Below are positions 48,118-56,167 of a stretch of DNA of 64,000 bases, piece after piece (position 1 is the stretch's first letter; every line of letters begins with the position of its first letter). Under the pieces are notes generated by a model. That model was not told where the DNA came from, ran no database searches, and saw only the letters and a program-made list of their open reading frames with translations. This DNA comes from Tepidisphaera sp. (lineage in GTDB: Bacteria; Planctomycetota; Phycisphaerae; Phycisphaerales; UBA1924). The stretch spans positions 64,001-128,000 of the forward strand of contig CP051526.1 of NCBI GenBank assembly GCA_050916045.1, written 5' to 3'. The position numbers and the translations under genes are program-made.

Positions 48118-48177
48118 TCCGGATCTTCGTCTGGTTGTGGGCCGCAAGCCCGGCCCGGCGATGATCGCGGAGCGGCT

Positions 48178-48936
48178 ATGGAACAGGAAAGCCAAGCACA
48201 ACAGCGCGCGGGTCACTCGGCCCGCGCGTTTCTTTTTTTCGGCCCCCGGACCGCTCCGCACGGTTCCGTCTGGCTTCGGCGCTGGTTCCGCTGGAGGCGG
48301 GCGGCCGCGGCCGGGCTTGTCGTCTTCCTGCTGGGCGTTTCCATCATCTCGTGGGTCGCTTGGAGGCGGTCGTGGCAGCAGCCGGAATGGTGGCAGCCCG
48401 CTCCGCAAGGGCCTGATGTCGCGCCCGCGGCCGAGAGACTTGAGCAGCAGGTTGTCAGCGACGGACATCGCGTCCGTGCCGTGGGTGAAGCCTGGGAGCT
48501 CGTGCTGGACGAGGGCGCGACCAACGGCTGGCTTTCGACGCGGCTTGTGGACTGGATGAACACTCGCGTGCCACCGGTCTCGCTCGGAGCCGGGGTGAAG
48601 TCGGTCCGGGTGATGTTCCGAGCGGGGGCGCTCTACCTCGCGGGCGAGCTCGAACAGGGTCGGATCGTGACGGTGGGGGTTTCGCCGGCGGTGGATGAAC
48701 GGGGCCGGCTGGTGCTTGCGATCCGGTCGGCGAGCGTGGGTCGCCTGGGCTTGCCGAGCACCTGGGCGGCCCGGGCCCTTCAGCCGGCGGCCAGAGCCGG
48801 GCTTCGAGTCGAGAGCGAGTCGATCGTGATGGAAGAGCCGGTGCTCAAGCTTGCGGACGACCGCCGGGTGCGGATCACGCGGGTGGAGGTTTCGGAGGGC
48901 CAGCTCAAGCTGACCTGCAAGACCCTTGGCCGATGA
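48178..48936 (+). CDS. Membrane-anchored hypothetical protein
   Basis: GGAG RBS; basic stretch, TM helix and a beta-rich extracytoplasmic domain. Confidence 0.7.
   Translation: MEQESQAQQRAGHSARAFLFFGPRTAPHGSVWLRRWFRWRRAAAAGLVVFLLGVSIISWVAWRRSWQQPEWWQPAPQGPDVAPAAERLEQQVVSDGHRVRAVGEAWELVLDEGATNGWLSTRLVDWMNTRVPPVSLGAGVKSVRVMFRAGALYLAGELEQGRIVTVGVSPAVDERGRLVLAIRSASVGRLGLPSTWAARALQPAARAGLRVESESIVMEEPVLKLADDRRVRITRVEVSEGQLKLTCKTLGR
48203..48239 (+). terminator. Intrinsic terminator of rplM-rpsI lying inside the next ORF
   Basis: AGCGCGCGGGTC-actc-GGCCCGCGCGTT followed by TCTTTTTTT. Confidence 0.75.
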
Positions 48937-48981
48937 CGGCCGGCCCGCTGAACCGGGAATCGGGTCGGCTAGACTGGGGCT

Positions 48982-49950
48982 ATGGCGAAGGTTTCGAAGG
49001 CGCGGTCGCTGGTGGGGCTGGCGGATCTGGACGCGGTCACGATCCGCGAGCTTCTGGCGTCGACCAAAGCGATGCACAAGGTGCTGGAGAAGCCCTCGGG
49101 CGACTTGCCCCTGGCCGGGCGGATCGTCGCCAACCTGTTCTTTGAGGATTCGACGCGGACACGGACGAGCTTTTCGGTCGCGGCCAAGCGGCTGGGCGCG
49201 GAAGTCGTGGATCTGATGGGGTTTGCGAGCAGCGTGAACAAGGGTGAAACCCTCGTCGACACGGCCCTCAACGTCGAAGCGATGGGGGTCGACGCGATCG
49301 TCGTGCGGGCCAAACAGTCCGGAGCCGCCGAGCAGATCGCCGCGGCGGTGTCCTGCCCGGTCATCAGCGGCGGCGATGGCCGCCACGAGCACCCGACCCA
49401 GGGCCTTCTGGATACCTACACGCTGGCCGAGTCGCACGGGCGGCTCAAGGGGTTTGATCTTCGCGGCCTGAAGGTCCTCATCGTCGGGGATGTGGCGAGC
49501 AGCCGCGTGGCCCGGTCGGCGATCGTGGGGATGTCCAAGCTTGGGGCAGAGGTCGTCTGCATCGGTCCGCCGGGGCTTGCTCCGGGGGCGTTGGCGTCGC
49601 TTGGCTGCAAAGTCTCGCACGATCTGGATGAGCACCTGTCCAAAGCGGATGCGGTGATGATGCTCCGGATGCAGTTTGAGCGTCACGACGGAGATGGAGC
49701 GGCTTCCGGCGGCGAGCGCAAGAGCGGGGTCATCGCGTCCGTGCGTGAGTACCGGGCGGGGTACGCCCTGACGGCCGAGCGGGCGGCCAAGCTGCGGGCG
49801 GGGTGCGTGGTGATGCACCCGGGCCCGATGAACCGGGGGATCGAGATCGACGGCGAGGTGGCGGACGGTGAGCGGTCGGTGATCCTGAGGCAGGTGACCA
49901 ACGGGGTCGCGGTGCGGATGGCCGTGCTTTCGTGGTGTCTGGCCGGGTGA
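48982..49950 (+). CDS. pyrB: Aspartate carbamoyltransferase catalytic subunit
   Basis: FFEDSTRTRTSF, KGETLVDT, HEHPTQGLLD, MHPGPMNRG. Confidence 0.95.
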   Translation: MAKVSKARSLVGLADLDAVTIRELLASTKAMHKVLEKPSGDLPLAGRIVANLFFEDSTRTRTSFSVAAKRLGAEVVDLMGFASSVNKGETLVDTALNVEAMGVDAIVVRAKQSGAAEQIAAAVSCPVISGGDGRHEHPTQGLLDTYTLAESHGRLKGFDLRGLKVLIVGDVASSRVARSAIVGMSKLGAEVVCIGPPGLAPGALASLGCKVSHDLDEHLSKADAVMMLRMQFERHDGDGAASGGERKSGVIASVREYRAGYALTAERAAKLRAGCVVMHPGPMNRGIEIDGEVADGERSVILRQVTNGVAVRMAVLSWCLAG

Positions 49951-49991
49951 GAGGTTCGTGCGGGCGGGGAGCGGGGGTACACTGGTTCCCC

Positions 49992-50612
49992 ATGACGGCT
50001 TCGGAAGGACAACACCACAGGCTTGAGACCGACACCGACGACGGGATGGTGCTGATCATCTCCGGGCCAAGCGGCGCGGGCAAGACGACGATCACGCGAG
50101 GCGTCGAGCGCACGGTGCAGGGCGCGGTCTTCTCGGTCTCGTGGACGACGCGGACCCGCGGCCCCAGCGACGTGGACGGCGTCGACTACCACTTCGTGGA
50201 CGATGACGCTTTCGAAGCGATGCGGGCGGGCGGGGGCTTTCTTGAATCCGCCGGCGTCTACGGCAAGAAGTACGGCACGCCGAAGGAGTGGGTCTTCGAA
50301 CACCTCAAGCGCGGGCGGCTTGTGATCCTCGAGATCGACGTCCAGGGGGCGATCGAGGTCAAGAAGCAGGTGCCCGACGCGTTCGCGCTCTTCATTCTGC
50401 CGCCCAGCGAAGCGGTGCTCCTCGAACGCCTCCGGTCGCGCAAACGCGAAGATGAATCCGTCATCCAGCGGCGATTCTCGCAGGCACAAGCGGAGATCGC
50501 CGCCGCCCGGACCTGCGGCATCTACGACCACTTCATCGTCAATGAGCATCTGGACGAAGCCATCGCGGAAGCCATCCGGCTGATCGGTCGGCGTCGCTCG
50601 ACGAGACGATGA
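49992..50612 (+). CDS. gmk: Guanylate kinase
   Basis: SGPSGAGKTT, SVSWTTR, DGVDYHFV, YGTP, LEIDVQGA. Confidence 0.95.
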   Translation: MTASEGQHHRLETDTDDGMVLIISGPSGAGKTTITRGVERTVQGAVFSVSWTTRTRGPSDVDGVDYHFVDDDAFEAMRAGGGFLESAGVYGKKYGTPKEWVFEHLKRGRLVILEIDVQGAIEVKKQVPDAFALFILPPSEAVLLERLRSRKREDESVIQRRFSQAQAEIAAARTCGIYDHFIVNEHLDEAIAEAIRLIGRRRSTRR

Positions 50613-50642
50613 AAAAGCACGAGCGTCCGGCGCTCGTGCTTT
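50612..50642. terminator. Bidirectional terminator between convergent genes
   Basis: AAAAAGCACGAGCG-tccgg-CGCTCGTGCTTT. Confidence 0.75.
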
Positions 50643-50674
50643 GCGGAGATCAGATTCACAGAGACCAGTCGCGT

Positions 50675-50723
50675 CCGGCAACTCGTCGGCAAGCTGCCGG
50701 CAAGTCGCCGGCAAACTGCCGGC
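50675..50723. repeat. 11-bp tandem repeat, about 4.5 copies
   Basis: CCGGCAACTCG TCGGCAAGCTG CCGGCAAGTCG CCGGCAAACTG CCGGC. Confidence 0.75.
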
Positions 50724-50730
50724 CTGTTCG

Positions 50731-51252
50731 TCACTTCGCGCCGTACATGAACTCTTCGCAGACGATCTTGCCGTCCTCGACGGAATAGACGCCGATCTCG
50801 TCCATGATGATGCGTTCGCCGGTGGACTTGGTTTCAACGTCCATCTTGAAGCGGACGGCAAAGCCTGTCGAGCCGACGTAGGGACCCTCGGCGCTGCCGC
50901 CGTGGATGACATGGTCGGCCATCCACGCTTCATTCTTGGCGCGGACGGCTTTCAGGCCGATCCAGGCGAGACCGACGCCGACGCCCTCGATGGACGCGAT
51001 TTCCTTCTTGTTCCAGAACTTGTCTTCGATCTCGGTGAACTGGCCCTTGTTGAACATGTCCACGAGCTGCGCGCCGATCTCGGCGGCGCTCATGCCCCGG
51101 CCAGTGTCGACGGGGATGGGGGCCATCGGGTCAAACTTGGGCATCGCGGGCTTGCCAGCGGGCTTCTTGGAAGCCTTCTTGCCCGAAGCGGGCTTCTTCG
51201 CGGGTTTGCTCGGGGCCTTCTTCGCCGCTTTCTTGCCGGATTTCTTCGCCAT
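50731..51252 (-). CDS. SnoaL/NTF2-like protein with Lys/Ala-rich N-terminal tail
   Basis: EIGAQLVDMFNKG..GLKAVRAKNEAW..FAVRFKMDV..DEIGVYSVEDGKIVCEEFMY. Confidence 0.85.
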   Translation of the reverse strand: MAKKSGKKAAKKAPSKPAKKPASGKKASKKPAGKPAMPKFDPMAPIPVDTGRGMSAAEIGAQLVDMFNKGQFTEIEDKFWNKKEIASIEGVGVGLAWIGLKAVRAKNEAWMADHVIHGGSAEGPYVGSTGFAVRFKMDVETKSTGERIIMDEIGVYSVEDGKIVCEEFMYGAK

Positions 51253-51322
51253 GATCGGATGCTCCTGTGGTGTCTGGTGAGGTCTGCGCACAGTAGACGT
51301 GCGGCGGCGTCTACGCTTGGGC

Positions 51323-52213
51323 ATGCGGATCCTGCTGACCAATGACGACGGCATTCACGCCCCGGGCATCGTCGCCCTTCACGAAGCCTTGATGGATTTG
51401 GACGGGCGTTTCGGCGGGCCGCTGGGGGGGCCTTCGACCGAGGTCGTGACGGTGGCTCCGCTCACGGTTCAGTCCGCGACCGGGCACGGCGTCACCTTCC
51501 ACCGGCCGCTGATGGTGAGCCGGCACGAGGTCACGCCGAGGTTCGCCGGGCAGGCCGTCGACGCCCGGCCGGCCGACTGCGTCAAGCTCGCCCTCGCCAA
51601 TCTCTGGCCGGAGCGGTTTGGAGCCGGTTCCGTGCCGGACCTGCTCATCTCCGGGATGAACATGGGGGCCAACTGCGGGATCAATGTGCTTTACTCGGGC
51701 ACGGTGGCGGCGGCCCTCGAAGGGGCGTTCCACGGGGTGCCTTCGATCGCGGTGAGCCTGCACCTAGGCAAGGGCCGGGCGCGGTACGACGTCGCGGCGG
51801 CGAGGGCCAGACGGACGATCGAGGGGATTCTCAAGGTCGCCTCGCTCCGGGCGCACGACTGCCTGTCGATCAACATCCCCGTGACCGAGTCCGGCGGTCC
51901 GATGCCCCCGGTGCGGACCTGCCCGATGAACACGCACGGGCTGGTGGACAAGTACGAGAAGCGGACGAACCCGGCCGGCGCGGCGTACTACTGGCCCTCG
52001 GGGTATGGCCTGGATTTCAAGGGGCTTGAGCGCGGGACGGATGTCGACTACCTCTTGCGGCGGTGTGTGACGGTGACGCCGCTTCACTACGACCTGTCGC
52101 TCGGGACCCGGCTTGACGAGTGGCGGTCGAAGCTGGAAGCGGAGCTTCCCGACGCGCGGGGCGCCGATCAGCCGCACCTCGAAGACCCGTCGCCGGTCGA
52201 TCAGATCGACTAA
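51323..52213 (+). CDS. surE: 5'/3'-nucleotidase SurE
   Basis: MRILLTNDDGIHAPG, PADCVKLA, ISGMNMGANCG..YSGTVAAA. Confidence 0.95.
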   Translation: MRILLTNDDGIHAPGIVALHEALMDLDGRFGGPLGGPSTEVVTVAPLTVQSATGHGVTFHRPLMVSRHEVTPRFAGQAVDARPADCVKLALANLWPERFGAGSVPDLLISGMNMGANCGINVLYSGTVAAALEGAFHGVPSIAVSLHLGKGRARYDVAAARARRTIEGILKVASLRAHDCLSINIPVTESGGPMPPVRTCPMNTHGLVDKYEKRTNPAGAAYYWPSGYGLDFKGLERGTDVDYLLRRCVTVTPLHYDLSLGTRLDEWRSKLEAELPDARGADQPHLEDPSPVDQID

Positions 52214-52227
52214 TCGGCGGGGGCTTT

Positions 52228-52860
52228 CTAGCGGGCGGCTTTCTTGGCGGTCTTTTTGCCGGCTTTCACTGGTGATTTCTTCGCCGCCGTTTTGGCTGCC
52301 TTCTTGACCGGTTTCTTTGCTGCGGCTTTCGCCGGAGCTTTGTCTCCGGAAGCGGGCTTGCCTTTCGCGGTTTGGTCCCGGATGCGTTCGTAGTGCTGAA
52401 TTGCGACCCTGGTGGGGACGCGGCGGATCGCTTCGGCGATGACGTCGAGGGGAAGGTCCTCGATCTTCTTGAACCGGATGCAGCACTTGCCCATGTCGAG
52501 CTTCTTGCCGGTCTTGGCCCACGCGGCGTTGAACCACTTGACGTGCTCGTTGTCGCCGCCGTCGGGGCCGGGGACGCCGCCCTCCTTCGCGCCGTAGTAG
52601 ACCCAGTTGATGTAGAGGGACATGTAGTTCTTCTGCGAAGCCAGCGCGATGTACCCGAGCGGCAGCTTGGGGTCGCAGTGGTAACCGGCCGGGTAGACGC
52701 GGTGGGGGATCGAGAAGCCGATCATGCCGTAGAGGATGCCTTCGTCAATGTCCTTGTCCACGTTCTTGCGGATGAGGTTGACGAGGGTGGTGATCGCGGC
52801 TTTGCGGTCCTCGGGGAGCTCGGCGAGGTACGCGGCGACGGTGGTGACTTTGCTCTGCAT
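52228..52860 (-). CDS. DUF1801 protein with Lys/Ala-rich C-terminal tail
   Basis: TVAAYLAELPEDR, YPAGYHCDP, LASQKNYMSLY, DMGKCCIRFKK. Confidence 0.88.
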   Translation of the reverse strand: MQSKVTTVAAYLAELPEDRKAAITTLVNLIRKNVDKDIDEGILYGMIGFSIPHRVYPAGYHCDPKLPLGYIALASQKNYMSLYINWVYYGAKEGGVPGPDGGDNEHVKWFNAAWAKTGKKLDMGKCCIRFKKIEDLPLDVIAEAIRRVPTRVAIQHYERIRDQTAKGKPASGDKAPAKAAAKKPVKKAAKTAAKKSPVKAGKKTAKKAAR

Positions 52861-52901
52861 GCGGAGAGTTTACCAGACGGGGCGGTCGATACGATGGCCG
52901 C

Positions 52902-53390
52902 ATGATCGAGGTGCGAGAAGCTTGGCCGGGAGATGTCGGGTTCATCGCGGCGGCGGTGCGGGAACTGGCCGAGCACGAAGGGGCCCCGGAGCGGCTGGTG
53001 GCGACGGCCGAGACGCTCGCGGAGGATCTGTTCGGGAGCCGGGCCGGAACGCTTCGGTGCCTGATCGGCGAGGTGAATGGGGAGCCGTGCGGCATCGCCC
53101 TGTACTTTTTTAATGCTTCGACGTGGGTTGGTCGCCGGGGTTTGTATCTGGAGGACTTGTACGTCAGGCCGGAAGCTCGCGGGCGAGGGCTGGGGCGGGC
53201 GCTTCTGGAGCGGCTTGCCGCGGTGGCGAACGCGGAGGGTTGCGAGCGGCTGGAGTGGTCCGTGCTTGTGAACAACGCGGAAGCCCGGCGGTTCTACGAG
53301 GGGCTGGGAGCCGTGGCGCAGGAGGACTTTGTTCTGTACCGCGTGACGGGGGAGGCCCTCGCGAAGCTTGGCGCGGGCGTCAACCGGTGA
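52902..53390 (+). CDS. GNAT N-acetyltransferase (diamine acetyltransferase-like)
   Basis: STWVGRRGLYLEDLYVRPEARGRGLG, LEWSVL, ARRFYEGLGA. Confidence 0.92.
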   Translation: MIEVREAWPGDVGFIAAAVRELAEHEGAPERLVATAETLAEDLFGSRAGTLRCLIGEVNGEPCGIALYFFNASTWVGRRGLYLEDLYVRPEARGRGLGRALLERLAAVANAEGCERLEWSVLVNNAEARRFYEGLGAVAQEDFVLYRVTGEALAKLGAGVNR

Positions 53391-53393
53391 CGC

Positions 53394-55115
53394 TCAGGTC
53401 GGGGTCCAACGCTGGGCGATGGGGACGCGGCGGCCGGAGCCGAACGCGACGGTCGTGAGCTTGAGCCCGACGGCGGCCTGCTTGCGCTTGTACTCGGAGA
53501 TCTGGATGAGCCGGTCGATCCGGCGGACGGTTGCGGCGTCGAACCCGGTTTCGGCGATGACGCGTGCGGGGGACATCCGTCGTTCGACGATGCACTCGAT
53601 GATGCGGTCGAGGATGTCGTAGGGGGGCAGGCTGTCCTGATCGGTCTGGTTCGGGCGGAGCTCGGCGGAAGGGGCTTTGTCGATCGAGCTCGCGGGGATC
53701 GGCGGCGCGGGGAAGCCGGCCGCGGCGGGGTTTGCGTTGATCCAGCGCGACAAGCGGTACACGAGCTGTTTGCTCACGTCCGCGAGGACCGCCAAGCCGC
53801 CGTTCATGTCGCCGTAAAGGGTGCAGTAGCCGACGGCAAGCTCGCTCTTGTTTCCCGTCGTCAGCACGATCGCGCCGGTGCGGTTGGAGAGGCCCATCAG
53901 AAGCGTGCCGCGGAGGCGGGATTGAAGATTCTCTTCCGTGATGTCCGGAAGGCGCTCGCCCAAGAGCGGCTGGGCGAGCTGGGTGAACGTCCCGTCCAGC
54001 GCGGCGGATGCGGCGACCATGGGCTTCTCGATGGGAAGCACCGTGAAACCCACGCCAAGTCGACGGGCGGACTCGCGGGCATCCGCTAGTGCATGGTCGG
54101 AGGAATACGGGCCCGGCATCGCGACGCCAAGGACGTTGGCGGGGCCCAGCGCCGTCGCGGCGAGCACGACCGTCAGCGCGGAGTCGATGCCGCCCGAAAG
54201 GCCCAGGACGGCTTTCGAGAATCCCGTCTTGCGGCAGTAATCCCGGATGCCCATCACAAGCCCGCGGTACGCGAGCTCTTCATCGCACGCGGAGAGAAGC
54301 GGGTCCGGCACGGCGGGAGCGGTGCCCGCTCCCTTGAGGATGGCCGAAAGGTCGCTCACCGTGAGCGATTCCTCAAACCCCGGCCCTGCGGCGATCAGCG
54401 AGCCGGTGGGGCTCAACACAGCCGCGTGGCCGTCAAAGAGAAGGTCGTCGTTGCCGCCGACCTGGTTGACCGCGGCGACCACGACGCGGTGACGCGTCGC
54501 GTGGCGGGCGAGGATCTCGCGGTGACGCTTGCCCTTGCCGAGGAGGAACGGGCTGGCGGAGGGGTTGACGATGACGGTCGCGCCGGCGCGGACAAGCTCG
54601 GGCACCGGGTCGGCCTGATCGAGGTAGCGGGAAGCGAACCCCGCATCCTCGCCTTTCCACAGGTCTTCGCAGACCGAAAGCCCGACCCTCACGGTTCCCG
54701 ACGCGGAGGGGACGTCGATGACGACGGGCTCGTTCCCGGGCTCGAAGTAACGGTCCTCGTCGAAGACGTCGTACGTCGGGAGCAGCCGCTTGGCGTACGT
54801 CGCGACCACACGCCCGTCCCGGCAGGCCATGAGGGCGTTGCGGAGGCCCCGCGGGGACGCGGCGGGCGTGCCGATGACGATGGTCATGCTTCCGGGTGCG
54901 GCTCGGGCGATCTCGCGGACTGCCGCTTCGCAAGCCGCGACGAAACCGTCGGCGAGGAGCAGGTCCTTGGGCGGGTAGCCGCAGATGGCAAGCTCGGGGA
55001 AGACCAGCAGGTCGGCGTGCGCGGCTTTCGCCCGAGCGGCCATATCGAGCATCAGCCGCGTGTTTCCGGCGATGTCGCCGATGGTGGGGTTGATCTGGGC
55101 GAGCGCGAGGATCAT
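53394..55115 (-). CDS. nadE: Glutamine-dependent NAD+ synthetase
   Basis: Nitrilase domain (FPEL, K, VCEDLW) plus GLSGGIDSA, ENLQSR, TTGNKSE, PSAELRPNQ. Confidence 0.96.
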   Translation of the reverse strand: MILALAQINPTIGDIAGNTRLMLDMAARAKAAHADLLVFPELAICGYPPKDLLLADGFVAACEAAVREIARAAPGSMTIVIGTPAASPRGLRNALMACRDGRVVATYAKRLLPTYDVFDEDRYFEPGNEPVVIDVPSASGTVRVGLSVCEDLWKGEDAGFASRYLDQADPVPELVRAGATVIVNPSASPFLLGKGKRHREILARHATRHRVVVAAVNQVGGNDDLLFDGHAAVLSPTGSLIAAGPGFEESLTVSDLSAILKGAGTAPAVPDPLLSACDEELAYRGLVMGIRDYCRKTGFSKAVLGLSGGIDSALTVVLAATALGPANVLGVAMPGPYSSDHALADARESARRLGVGFTVLPIEKPMVAASAALDGTFTQLAQPLLGERLPDITEENLQSRLRGTLLMGLSNRTGAIVLTTGNKSELAVGYCTLYGDMNGGLAVLADVSKQLVYRLSRWINANPAAAGFPAPPIPASSIDKAPSAELRPNQTDQDSLPPYDILDRIIECIVERRMSPARVIAETGFDAATVRRIDRLIQISEYKRKQAAVGLKLTTVAFGSGRRVPIAQRWTPT

Positions 55116-56167
55116 GGAGCGGGATCGTACGGGGCGGGAGGAGCATTGCTCTTGAGGAGGCGGTCGGGACGTAGGTAGATCGCGCCGACGAGCGCGAGCA
55201 CGGCCGAGACGACCAGCTCGGCCGCGAGCATCAGCAGAAGCACGGCGGGCATCGCGGACGCGGCTTCGGGAGCGAACCGCTCGGCGACCTTGATCGTCCC
55301 GGCTTCCTGTGAGCCCAGGGCTCCTGAAGGGAGAAGAGTGGCGATCGCGAACCGGAACGCCGCCAGCACCAGCGCCGGAGCGTAATCCAGGCTGATCCCC
55401 GCGATCCGGGCGCAGAGCCAGAGGCGGGCGCCCAGTATCAGCAGGTCGAGCACGCGGAGCATCATCTGAACGGCGAGCCAGCCCGGGTGGGCCAGCATGT
55501 CGGCTCCGGCCTGAACGCGGGCGATCGCGGGCGAATCCGCGAACCGCTTGAATCGGCCCGGCAGGAGCGTTCGCACAACGGATCGCACGCGTGCCAGCCC
55601 GCGCTCGCCCGCGAAGATGCTCGCGCCCCCGCAGACCAGCACGTGCATCGCGACCAGGCCGCCCGCGATGTACGCGACCCAGACCCCGTCGATCGTGGGG
55701 CGGAAGTAGCTTGTGAAGAAGACCGGGATCGTGCCCGCGGAGATCCCGATCGTGACCGCGACGAACCACGCTCCGATCGTGAGCACGGGGACGCCGTCGC
55801 GGCGGTTGTGGATGAAGAACCGCCAGAGGATGCTGATCTTGCCCGGCGGATTGGAAAGCAGGCCGGCGACAGCGTTGGTCGCTTGCACGCCGAGCAGTGG
55901 GAGCCTGCGCACCGGCCGGATCGCGGCCCAGAACGAGCATCCCTGCACGAAAAACGTCGCGATGGTCAGCCCGACAAGCGCCGCCAGATCCGCAAACGGA
56001 GCGTTGCGGATGCGGTCGAGGGCTTCCTTGTTCTCGGTCTTGGTCGCTTCGCGGATGACCCACCAGAGGAGTACCAGCCCGCCGGCGAAGAGCAGGATCT
56101 GGAACAGCAGCATGGCGCTCTGCGGCAACCCGCGACGCGGAGCGGCGGTGGCTGATTCACCGGCCAT
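55112..56167 (-). CDS. Flippase-like membrane protein (LPG synthase TM/UPF0104 family)
   Basis: About 8 TM helices, NPPGK..R and PSGALGSQEAG; ATGA-coupled to nadE. Confidence 0.7.
   Translation of the reverse strand: MAGESATAAPRRGLPQSAMLLFQILLFAGGLVLLWWVIREATKTENKEALDRIRNAPFADLAALVGLTIATFFVQGCSFWAAIRPVRRLPLLGVQATNAVAGLLSNPPGKISILWRFFIHNRRDGVPVLTIGAWFVAVTIGISAGTIPVFFTSYFRPTIDGVWVAYIAGGLVAMHVLVCGGASIFAGERGLARVRSVVRTLLPGRFKRFADSPAIARVQAGADMLAHPGWLAVQMMLRVLDLLILGARLWLCARIAGISLDYAPALVLAAFRFAIATLLPSGALGSQEAGTIKVAERFAPEAASAMPAVLLLMLAAELVVSAVLALVGAIYLRPDRLLKSNAPPAPYDPAP

Noticed and set aside
53394..56063. 889-aa extended NadE
   Set aside because: The extension overlaps the flippase-like gene in another frame. 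The real start is MILALAQ at 55115.
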